Positions 1 through 11,400 of a stretch of 64,000 nt of DNA are shown here, one piece after another. How positions within the stretch are numbered: position 1 is the first letter of the stretch; every line of letters begins with the position of its first letter. Both the position numbers and the translations under genes were made by a program. The notes beneath the pieces are model-generated. The model was not told the DNA's origin. It ran no database searches and saw nothing but the letters and a program-made list of their open reading frames with translations. Origin of the DNA: Raillietiella orientalis (Eukaryota); contig JAYWIR010000027.1 in the NCBI GenBank assembly GCA_036172245.1, positions 992,001 through 1,056,000 of the forward strand, written 5' to 3'.

Positions 1-3000
1 GGACTGTGACCAGGGGACAACGAGCAACCTCCTCCAAGGTCGCATCCATGGAGCCTCGCATCCACGGCAACAAAGGAGTCTCTCGCTGGAGCTCGGGAAT
101 GCGGGAGCAAAATCCCCCCATAGCTGAGGGAGGGCTGCTGATGTTTCTGCGACCACCGTCATGCCTGCCTACCGCACGGTCCGCCCGCGGGCTGGCGAGA
201 ACTCTGCACCGGCTGGTGTCCATCCGGAGCACAGGCATCGACAAGTTTCGGAGGCTGCGAACACACTTGCTGCGCGGGTCGAGGACTCGGCGTGTCGCGA
301 ACGCAGGAAACCCGCGGCGTTGTTCTGTCGCGGAGATCGATGGGGCTCCAAACGAGATGGGGAAAACGCGGGGAGGTGTCGTAGACTACGGAGAGGAGGG
401 CACAGTCGGGGGTAAGGAGGAACGGCGGGCGATCCAGGCAGATCACCTTCCGCTTCGGGCGCCCGGAAGCCCGGCAGCGCCGCCGCGAGCGGCAGCGAGG
501 AAACGCAGCAGTCCAGAGCGAGCGGGAACCCCCCGCTTTCCCTCGGGCGACTTTTCTTTTCCTCCCGCTCGTCCCGCGAGGTCACATAGAGCGGTCCAGG
601 AGCACCGGGTGCGAGCACGAGCAGTGCCCGAGGCGCTATCGGGGAGGGAGGTCGCGGACGGGAGGCGAGTGTGACGCACCCCTCCCGCTCAGGCGCCAGA
701 GACCTCCGCCTCGACCCAAGTTGGCATCCGTCTCTCTCGGGAAGGGCATAATCGCCTCCCCTTTCCCCCTCCCCTCCTCCGCGGCCCTCCCTCGCCCGAG
801 ACGACCGCGGCTGCCGCCGTCCGGTGGTCGGAAGACGCCCTTTCCGGGGTCGCCGCCGCTGCCGCCTGCTCCCTCCGCAGGTGGCGCCGTGCGACTCGGT
901 GCGCGGCTCACCTCCTTCCGAAGAAACCTCTTCCTCCTCCTCCTCTTCCCCCCGCCACAACGGAATTTCCTCGCCCCGAGGGCATTCCTGACGGAGCGGG
1001 CGGCGCCTTTTCAGGGACTCGCGGCGAACAATGGCCGGAGGCAGCTCAAAGCGGCGCGAGCGCGAATGGAAGCAGCTCGTAAATCTCTTCAACCGGAGGA
1101 AGAAGAGGGAGAGGGGGAGAGGGAGGACCCTCTGCTCTTTCGGGACGTGACCGCGCGCGGACTGCTCGCCCGACGAGCGTTCCGAGGGATCGAGCCGGGG
1201 TTTTCGCGGAATGAAAAGAGGCGAGCCGAAAATGCGCGCGCCGGAGGCTTTCCGGCTGAACCTGCCGCTCTGCATCAGGTCGCGCCCGCCCACGCCCTGA
1301 TCTGCTTCAGGGGCCCGGCCCACCTCGGACAAAAGGGATCAGAAATGGGGGCGACTATTTGCGCCTCCTCTCCCCTGCTCGGAATTCGGTCAAGAGAGGC
1401 TGTGCGGCCTCTCTTCGCCCTCTTCCCTCCCCTCCCCCTCACTTCCTCGCCCCTCACGGAAGGGAGGGAGTCGCGCTCAACCCGAGGGCGGCGTCCCGGG
1501 AGTCAGCGGGATAGGAAGACGCCGGGAGGCTGCTGCGATCCGAGGGCGTGCCCGTCCCCTTTCCGGCGGGTCTTCCACCCCGCCTGAGCAGTAGTCGCCT
1601 CCCGCAACCACCGTACGTGGTGCAGAGCGTGGGGCGGTGGGGCCCTTTGCCCGAGAGGTACTTACCATAGGAGCCATTACAACCCGTTCGACCCTTCCCG
1701 TGCGGTCTCCAGGTGGGACTGAACGGTGAACGGTGGGGTCAGCGCCGGAGGCAACAGTTGGGCAAGCTGGCAAAGATCTCGAAAGAGAGAAGGAGAAAGA
1801 GAAAGGGGGGATAGGAGGGAGGCCGTTGGCTGTTTCGAATAGGAACCAGGCAGCTCGTGAGGGTAGGACCCTTTTGCAGGTCTCTCTGGGATGCTGAGGC
1901 GTATGGCAATTTCAACCGGCTCCCCGTCCATGGCTCCCTTCTTCCCCCGTTCATGCCCAAGGCGCATGCGGGTTTAGGAATGCGAGACACACACCTGTCG
2001 GTAGCAGGACCTTCTCCGTTCGCCCTCCCTGCTTTCCCGGGACGACTGGGTCACGTGAGCGGAGGCAGGAGGGGAGGGACGCCGCAGCTTCCACAGAAGC
2101 AAGGCTCTCCACTCGCATCCCGACCCCCTTCCTTTTTCTCCTTCTGCCGCGGACCCCTTTGCAGGCGATCGCTCCCTTTCCGGGAGGGCGAGCGGGCGTC
2201 TTCCCGTGGACCGCGAGTGGCACCCGACCGGAAGGGAAGCTCTGGCGACGGGACACCCACAGGAGGAGGATCCACGGACCCAGAGAGGTCACCACCGTCA
2301 CCCTCTCCCGTGCTGCGTCCGAACGGACCGTCTCCAATGCGTGGGGGTCGCCTGCGGTTGCCGGTCTCGCCCTCCAGGGGCCGTTGCCGACGACGATGGT
2401 GGCGCCTTCGGCGGCCGGAGCGGGAACTTGGATGGTAGCCGCGGAGATGTGGGACAGCGAGCAGCAGCGTCCAGGTGACGGCTCACCCTCTCAATGCCTC
2501 TTCTCCTTCCTCTCTACCCTCTCACGTGCTCCTCACACGCCGAAATTTTCGATGGGAAAGATGGAAGGTGGAATCACCCACGAGCGGGAGGAGGGGAGGG
2601 GGGAAGAGAGGGAGAGGCCATGGAGCAAGTCGAGGATCCACAGTCAGTTCCACAACCTCTCAGCTCCCTGTCGCCCCCGATCCTTCCTCGGAAGTAACGG
2701 GCCGTAAGTAAAACAACGCAGTGTGACGTTAGCATTTGCGAGAAACCCATCGGAGCCTCCGGAGATTCGCCGGGAGCTCCGGAGGAGGCGAAGAAATGAA
2801 CAAAAAAAAAAAAGCCAAAAGCGAAAAGACGGCTCAAGCAGGAAGCAGCGTCCCGTCCCCCGGCGCACCGGAAAGAGAGAGGCGGAAGCTCTCCTCCGCG
2901 GGACGCGCGCGCGCCGCAGAGACTCCGCTCGGTCGGCGCTCCGGAACGGGGCCGAGCTGCCCGCCCGGGAAAGACGGCGCAGGGAGGGAGCGCACGAGAG

Positions 3001-6000
3001 GCCTCCATGAGGTCCCCACGTTGCCTCCTCTCTCACGAGGGGAACCGCGGCATGACGAAATCTCGGAGGGGCAGTCCGGAGTGTCACGTGACGGGAGGAG
3101 GGGGGGGGCTGGATAGGAGAGAGAGGAGAACTTGCCACTTGACCGCACACCGCCGCTCGCACCAAAACTGCGGGGACTCCCGGGTGATTCGCTCCGTGGA
3201 CCATGCGATGAAGCACGCATCACGAGAAACCCATCCACACGGAGAGCATGGGGCGCCGTAGACCAGCTAGAGGTGGGGGCAGACGAGCACCTCCATCGCC
3301 TCCTCCCCGGATCGGCAGCGCCCCGAGACCGTCCCGAATGCCAGCCGAAGGGCAAAGGAAGATCTTCACTCCCGGCTCACCAGCTGCTTAGCGGGTGAGG
3401 AAGGACGACCCTTCCTACGGAGGTGCGTCAGGGAGTCGAAGTGGATCTTGAGCTCTGGAACCCCTCCGAGGACGCAGGGTGACGACGACCACCGTCACCA
3501 GGACAGCAGCGGAGAAATGGGAGAGGAAGGGAGGAGGAGGAGGAAGGAGGGGGAGGCAAGGAGGAAGAGGAGGAGATGGAAGGGAGGAAGGAAGAAGTGC
3601 AAAGTCGGGGCGCCTCCCGGAGTGATGGCAGTTCCGAACTGAGTCCAGACCTCCCAAGAAGACTTTGGACCCGGCGCCTCCGCGGCGGGGCAGGGGCGAC
3701 AAAGACGCTGTAGTGGCGGCTTCGATTTCCCTAAACTCACGTGGCAGGATCGGTGCGGGCGGCTTTCCAGGCGCTTCGAAATGAGCCGACCCGCCCCTCG
3801 GGACGCGCCTGCTTCGGAGTGCATTCCAGCAACCCTTTGAGACGCCGGCTGCGCCCTCCGGAGGCAGGAGAGCGCCCACAAGGATCGCAGCTGGCGGTAG
3901 CCGGACAGCGGGCTCGGCCCAGCCACAGATGATACCCCAGTGGGGCTGCGATCCCCTTCAGGAGAAGGAGGCGCTCGTCCCGCCCGGTGTGCAGGTCGGA
4001 CCAGCAGGAGTCCTTGCCCCAACTCCATGAGCGTTGCAAGTCGCGACCGCAGCGAGTCGCGACTTGCGATGAGCGCGCTTCAGCATGTGGTCCACGGAAG
4101 GGATTTCCCAGGGGGTTTCCTGACTTCTGTTTCTCGCTAGGAGGCGCGGACTGGATGCATCCCGAGGGCACGAGCTCCCCCCCACCCATCCCTTTTTTCG
4201 CCTTCCCTTTCCCTTTCTTTCTCTTCCATCAAGTCACGCGGCCGAAGGCGCGGAGGATCCTCACGGAACACCTGGAGCACGCGTGTCCTGGGTCGAATCG
4301 CAGGGCCCCACCCTCGACCTGGTAAGTCACCAGGGGAGCGAGCGTGGTGTGCAGGGAGGTCTGCATCCCCTCTTAGAGGGCCCCCGTAGCTCCTCTCCGA
4401 CCGCGCTGGGATCAGACCGACGGGGAGAGCACGGAGGGCGGGTGCAGGTGAGACTGGCGATGGGGGGCCGCCCCGTCCGGACACGGGCCGCTCTCAACAG
4501 AAAGCTGGTGACGCCATCGGCTCTCCGCAGTCCCGCGCTGCCGATCCTGGGAAGCAGCTGTGCGGACCCTTTCCAGCCCCTGCCGGGAAAAGGAAGGAAT
4601 TCCGTCCTCTTCACTGGCTGCTCGCTCCCAGTCCACCCTCCCCTTCCTTCTCCCTGGAGGTCCATCCGGCCCCCAAAAAATTAAAAATCCGAGAAGAGAG
4701 AAGGAAAAGGGGGCTTTTCCTTCTCTCTTCCCTCCTTCGGACTGCCTTCCAATGGGCACCTTCTCTGAGAGACGAGAAGTGAGCGCCCCTTCCATCGGCC
4801 CTTCAAACGGGCGATGCCAAACGGAAACGAAAGGGAAAGCGGCGCCTTCCCGAGCTCAACGCCCTGCTCTGAGCGCGGGACAGGAGTGAGGAGCCGCGGC
4901 AAGCCTCCTTCCCGGGTTTGGCCCGTGGACGAGATGCCGCCGCCGGCGCGAGCTGGCGCCGAGGTTGAGGCGTGTCAGAGCTCAGCCCGGCGCACCCGCG
5001 CGGCGGATTCTCGCCTCGCCTCGTCCTCAACTCGGCACCGTATCCTGGACCCTTTTCCGAGCCCTTGGGGTCCGGAGCCTCGGAAGGGAGGGGAAGGAAG
5101 GGTGTTCAGAAGTGCCCATCCCGAACGCCCTTCCTTCTTGCAGATCTCAGGGGCTGGCGAATCCATGGAAATGTCCCTTGCCCCCGAGCGCTTGTGAGTC
5201 TCCGAGTGGCTCCACGACGTTTCTGGCGGCTCCCTCTCAGCATCCTCCCTGGAAGCAGACCCTGGGATTCACCGTAGTGTCCCAGAGCCCATCTGAGAAC
5301 TTCTCGGGGAATGGGTGCCGTCACCACATAACAGTGGACGGAGGACTTCTCTGAGGCTGCGCCGGATGACAGAATGCCTCAGCCCGTGCCTCACACTTAC
5401 TCGGGTCTGCAGGAGGCCCCTCCTGCACGGGAGACGTCCCCACCCCCTCCTCAAAGATCTGCCGTTGAGCTCCCTTGCACCGAGGCGCACCCTCGCCACC
5501 ATCTTGTCCTGCGTCTCTGCCGTACAGGAGGCTCGGGCTGCGACGGAGCTACCCCAAAAGGGGCAAGAGACCACCCTTCCCTCCCCCTTGGATGCCTTCC
5601 TGACTCCAGGGACGCGGTGCGCGACCCCAGAAGCGAGTCGGATGTGGGACATCTCCCGCGACGTGCGAAAGCCGGACGGAAGAAGTGGGATCCGCTGACC
5701 TCTCCCTTCCCCTCCCCCGCGTCCTTTTTTACTTTTTACTTCTTTCTTGCCCCTTCTTTCCTGCCTCCCAGGACGCCTCTCCCTCCGGACCAGCTAGTCG
5801 CACGTTGACACCAACGAACGATATCCCTGCTCACTCCCTTCCGTACATGAAGCCGGTAGGTTGGCACGCAGCACGTTCGCCTGTCCTTTCTCCCGAAGCA
5901 ACGGAGAGGGAAACTCCGCCCCCACTTCCCCCCCCTCTTTTCCCGTGGTCATCCTGCCCTGCCCGCTTTCTCTCGGTAGGAGAGGGACGACACGGGTTTC

Positions 6001-6349
6001 CCTCCCCTTGCCACCCCTCAACTCGCCCGAACCTTCCCTTCATGAACACCCCCGTTCCTCACCCTCATTCCACCTCATTGCCCTTCCTACCGAGCTGCAG
6101 TTCCCGGTCCACTGTCGCTCCCTCGAGTGGACCGAGTGGGATGCGCTTGCGGGGTGGCGATCCTGTCCTGTTTCTGGCCAGCTCGGACTACCTCCCGTCC
6201 CTTCTTCCCCCGCACCCCGGTGCTGCGCTCGAGAAACCTCTCCTTCTCCTCCTCCCCCGAGCAGGAAGACGGCAGGGTTCCTAGCCTGCATGCTCGGATA
6301 TCTCGTCCGTGGTGGGAGGTGTCTGGCGACTCGAGAGGCTCCGAAAGAA

Positions 6350-7450
6350 GCAGAGAGAGGCACCGTTTACGCTTGGAGAGTCACCTGCACCCCTGCACCG
6401 CTACCACCCCTCCGCGAGAGTCCTCTTGGCATGCACGCAGGTCCTGAGGACGGTGCTGGTCGGTCGCTTCGCCCTCAGTCTCTTGTCGCTGCGCCCCATG
6501 CACTCGCGGTAGGAGCCGTAGCAACCCTGCAGGTACTCCTCGAGTGCCCGATCATCGCTGCAGCAGTCATACCGGGCCGGAGCTCCAGAGGAGAGGAAGG
6601 GAAGGAAGGAACCCCGTGAGGGCAGGAACTGGGCCGGGCGTGTAGTACGCACCCGGTCCAGCGCAGGGAAAGTCTGGAGACGAGTCCTAAGCCTGCGTTC
6701 CAGGAGACTTCCTACGGCCCACGTTTGCCGGAGGCGGAGAAGAAGGGGGAGGAAAGCACCATCGGCCGTGGCGGGAGAGCGAGTGCACACACTCCGTTTA
6801 CATCGACTAGATCAGCGCTAGCCCCAGGTGCTGCCGCACAGCGCGCACCTCGTCGGAGGTGGCGGCGTACCGCGACCTTCCCCTACTGACCACCACGCAA
6901 GCTCCTTCCCTCGCAAGCTTCCTCTGTTGACTACGCCCGATGATCAATCGACCTCCTTCCCTCGCAAGCGGCGAGTGACCTTTCCCGAGAAAGTTCCAGG
7001 GAAATTTACAGGATCCGGGATTTCCTCATGGTGCCGGGGGGGAGGGAGAAGAATCCAAAATGTTGCATCTCTGGTCATATTTCTGGATGGGCAGCGGCTG
7101 TCCATCATGCATTCCAATCTTCCGTGAGATGGGTCAGGTTGCCTGGTTGGCAATCAGAATCCTCAGCGGGTGTCAGCGAACTGATCAGACGCGGCTGCTT
7201 TGTGCCGAGAAGGGGGCCAGATGGCTGACCAGACCTGACCGACATGTCTGGCTGGTCGGTCTTGCCCATCGGGAAGATGAGGCTAGAGGAAGCTTTTCGA
7301 AAGCCGCTTCTTCCGCGGCCATGGCAACGCGTCCCTGACCTCTTCCCACGCGCTCCCATTTCCCTTGCTCGTCCCCTTCCACGGATCCGAGCGGAGCCGA
7401 AAGGAGCGAGTGAACCATGTGACCCTTCGGGAATCCTCTATGAGAGAGGC
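6350..7450 (-). mobile_element. decayed Penelope-like retroelement (RT plus GIY-YIG remnants)
   Basis: Motif echoes occur in the expected order across frames: G..MG, M..EE..FEKL...RW.R (near the YVDD region), xLD, then VG...RRLRTRL (GIY-YIG-like). Heavily degenerate. Confidence 0.35.
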
Positions 7451-8182
7451 GAGAGCCGGCTGGACCAACAGGCAGTTGAAGACCTCCAGGGCTGACCTCT
7501 CAAGGTGGCAGAGACAGGGTGACCTCTCTCGAGCACGAATGCTATGCCGCAGGGAGGGACCGAACTGAGGAGGCCTGCGAGAGTGCGGCAAGGAGGCACC
7601 GTGTCTCGCAGCTTCCCCATCACCCCTTCCGTACCCTCCAACCTTCTTCTTCGTGGCTCGAGTGTGCGTTTAGGTCTCTTCCCACGATGCGCGTGTCTTC
7701 CTCTCCCCTCTCCCTGTACAGTCGTCCACTGCTCTTTCACTTGCCACTGCGGGCGTTCCCGGATTCCCCCCCCCCATCCTCTCACCCTTCTTCACAAATC
7801 CGTCCCTGCATGGAGAGCGCTCCTGTCCCCCAGTAGCCTCCCATACCCGCCTCACTATTCCCTTCCTCCCTCTCCCTGCCTTCCAGATTCCCTGACCTCG
7901 AACGACAAGCGCCTGGCATCCGCTTCGCTTCCCCGGCCCGATCCCCTTCTGGAATCCGCCCTCCCCTTTCGGGTAAAATCCGAGAGAGTTACGAAAGATC
8001 CCGGAATTTCCCGGAAGGCTCCCGTCGTCCCCAACGATCGGGAAAAAAGGACGGCCGTGTTCCCTCCGAGCGGGGGGCGCCGGATGTTTCCAGCCTTCTG
8101 TGCAGCCCTCAGCCAGGTCTCCTCGGGAGCTTCCTGCTGCTCACGAACGGTAGGCGCGAGAGAACGGGGCCGGGACTTCGCT

Positions 8183-8188
8183 TTTATT
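8183..8188 (-). promoter_or_regulatory. candidate polyadenylation signal AATAAA
   Basis: AATAAA on the minus strand about 195 nt downstream of the stop codon, in otherwise GC-rich sequence. Confidence 0.55.
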
Positions 8189-8381
8189 ACTCCGAAGGAC
8201 GCCGCGGTCCACCTCCGTGAGAAGGAAGGGACCGTCCGCGGGCCCGGGACGCGTAGGGCCACCGTTCTCCTTCACTCCTCTCGGAAACCGGGAACTCTCC
8301 GTCGCAGGACGCTTCCGCGTCCCGTCTTCCTGCCGCTCTTCGAAGGTTCCGCCCCGCCGGGTGCGGGGACGCGCCCGCGGG

Positions 8382-8485
8382 TCACCTGAGCGCCCTGCGC
8401 GCGGCGGCACAGAGGACCCAGGCCGCCTGCGGCATCAGAAGCAGGGGAGACGAGGACGACGAGGCGCCGCTGTCCTCGAGGAAAG
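8382..8485 (-). CDS. coding exon 12 (GPI-signal-like C-terminus and stop)
   Basis: ttccag acceptor in the correct phase; TFLEDSGASSSSSPLLLMPQAAWVLCAAARRALR-TGA. Confidence 0.7.
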
Positions 8486-11400
8486 CTGGAATGGGTCAAA
8501 GATCGTCACCGAGCGGAAGGGGCGGGGCGGCCACGCCGCACCCTAAGGGGCTGACCCGCAGCTCGGAGCATACGAGTCCCCTCGATGCCTTTCGGCAGCG
8601 AGGATGACCCGGCGCCAGAAGGTGGCGAAGGTCTCCGCCCGGCTCCCCGCGACTCACTTGGGACAGCCCTCCACGGGCGCAGGGTAGAAGCAGCGGGAGT
8701 AGGGGGAGCGTCATCAACTATCCCCCGGTTCCTGGCTATGGTGGGCACGACCCGCGCGGTCACCGGTACCATTCGCGCCGCCGCGGGGGGCTCGAGAACC
8801 GACCCCCCCCCGTCGGCGGTAGCGGCGTCCCTGGGGGCAAGACCGCTGACGGGAGGTGCGACTGGCAGCAGCGGCGGCGGTGGCGGCGGTGGCTGCTGCA
8901 GAGGCGGCGACGGCGCTGCACTCCTCCTGGCCGTGGGCGTGGTGGCCGCCGGGGGCAGCGGCGGTGGGTTTTGCTGCGCCACCAGGCAGCTCTCCCCTGA
9001 AGGGGTGGCGTCGCATGTCTCACAGGTTCCTGGGTCCAAGAATCGTCCCCTACCTTGTCTGCGCAGGACCATCCCCTTGTTGAGGGGGTCGTTGTTTCTC
9101 CGGCAGTCCTTCCCTGCCTCCTGGATGTGCAGCTGATGGCGGTCGGCACTGATGACCCCGACGAAGCACTCGAAGGTCAGCACGTCCGTGCGCTCCGAGT
9201 ACGCGTACAGCACCCCGTCCTCCTCCCAGTGACCCAGGCAGCGGTACTCCCGCTCTGGAAGGAGAACTCCCTTCAGTGGAGGGACAGACTTCGCTGCGGG
9301 GTGATTAGGGAGGCAGGGAGGGTCGTGAGCTCTCGCGAGACGGGCCTTCCGCCCGACCAGAGTCGGACAGATCTGAGGAAAGCGGCCTGGGAGCAGGGTC
9401 CCAGCCCAGAAGAAAGAGGGGGTTGCCTCGGGTCGACCTCCCGCAGGCGCAGAACGGTCGGCTCCGCTCGGGGGAAGGAAAGGATGTCGTTGGGGAAAGG
9501 GCGCAACCCCTCGGGAAACCCCATCCTGAAGACCCCTTCTTGCTTTCCGCGTCCCAGAGCCCTCTGGATCTGCGACCCTGCCCAGGCGGGAGGCACCGGC
9601 GGGAGAGCATGGGAGAGGAAGAGGGAGGAACTCCGTTCATCACCTTCGTACACCTCGGAGGTGTTCCTGCAGCTGTACACCACGTGGAACATGGTCTGCG
9701 GTTGCCTGCAGTCGGAGGTCAGCTTTGCGCAAAGTCCCGGCTCATCGGGAAGACTCCCAGTGAACTCCCCAGAGATCGGACAAGGGAAGTCTCGGGACCG
9801 CTTCACTCCTGGAAAGCCACGACCTGGATTCGTTACTCCGCTCCGGAGGGCGGGGGGTGCCTCCTCCTCTGCAACCTCCGGGAAGGGGTGTGATCCTGCG
9901 GGAGGAGGCCGGAGGGCGAGGGAGGGGGAAAGGGAGGGGCGACTCACTTCCTTGAGTGACCCAGCTCTTCTGGCCGAAGTTTCCGGGGTCGCACAGCTCC
10001 GCGTCGAACTCCTTAGAGACGGAGGTCCCTGGAAGGAGAGGGTGAGGTGGGCGTCGCCTGGCCGAAAGTTCCCTGCCATCCCTTCCTTCGCCCCTCTCTG
10101 CCTCTTCGCAGCTTCCGATTTGGGAAGGTTCGCGTCTTCCCTCCCCAGTATGAGGCAGCAGCTGACCTTCGCGCCTTCCTGGGACCTGCGCTTCGCCTTC
10201 TTGTGCGGAACGCACGCAGGAGCGGAGGGAGGATCGTTCGAGTCCCTGAAGGGGGGAACCCCTACGTCTATCCCCCTGCGCCCGTGCGCGGTCTCGGAAG
10301 CTCCCCGGTCCCGAAGATTAGAGAAGAGGAAGCTCTTGCTACCTGGAGGCAGCGGGAGCTCACTGGAGAGTGTACGCTGGAAGGGCAGAGAGAGAAGGAG
10401 ACCAAGAGAAGGAGGAGGACGACGACGACGAGGAAGAGGTGGAAAAGAGGAAGAGGAGAAGGGCAGCAGCCACTCACCCAGTTTGTACTCCATGACGTTG
10501 GTGTCCCTCTTCACCATCTGGATGCAGGTGTAGTACTCCTGCCCACTGGAAGGCAGGGATTCAAAACCAAGAACGGACGAGATCTCCCCCCTCCCTCTTT
10601 GCCCCTCCGCGCCTTCGTCCCTGCCTCACCAGTCGGAGCGGCAGTAGATGAGGAACTTGTTCGGAGGGCTCTCGAACGCGTTCTCCACGCACTTGGCGCT
10701 GACTGTCTTGAAGGTGGTCTGGTCGTGGTAGACGATGCTGTCGTTCTCCACGCTGATGTCCTTCCACTGGCCCGTGAGCCACCAGGGGAACATGCAGGCC
10801 GTGGACGTGACGTCTTCCGGCCACAGCGTCTCGGGAACCGGGGAGAGCTCGAAGACCTCGTGACCTTCTCGCGAGCTGACCAGGTCGCTGGTGCAGGTGG
10901 AGTCAGAGGAGAAGGCCAGGTGGATCTTCTGGGTGAGCTCGTCCCTGCTGTACCTCTACGGACAGGACGTTTCCATCAGGGAAAATCCGCTCAAGACGTT
11001 CCGCTCCTTCCTTCCCCGATGTCGCCCTATGGCGCGCGCCACCGCGCATTGGCGTCAGGGTTCCGAGGGCTCCCAGGAGCGGCGCTCTCTCCCTTCTAGC
11101 CTCCGTGAGCAGAGGCCCTGAGCCCCGGGAGCCCATCCACTGTCTCTAGGCTTCTCCTGCGTCACGACGGTCCTTCCCGGAAGTGTCCTTCCGAGCGGAG
11201 GAAGAGAGGGTTTGGCGCTCGAGAAGATCTCGCGGTGCCGCAGCAGCCTCCCCGAGGGTGAGGGGAGAGGGACGAACCCTTTTGCTCCGAGTAGGGACGG
11301 CTCGCACGAGAACTGCGACAGAGCTCCCTACAGCTTCTCGAGCTACCACTGGACCGCGACGTCATCCTTCGAGACGTGAGGGGGTCTTTTGGCTTCCGGT

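Noticed and set aside
5200..5650. second Penelope-like RT fragment (…QMGS…)
   Set aside because: Only one short motif, too weak to call.
9055..11099. 492-aa and 350-aa plus-strand ORFs
   Set aside because: Antisense shadows of the GC3-rich exons of the minus-strand gene.
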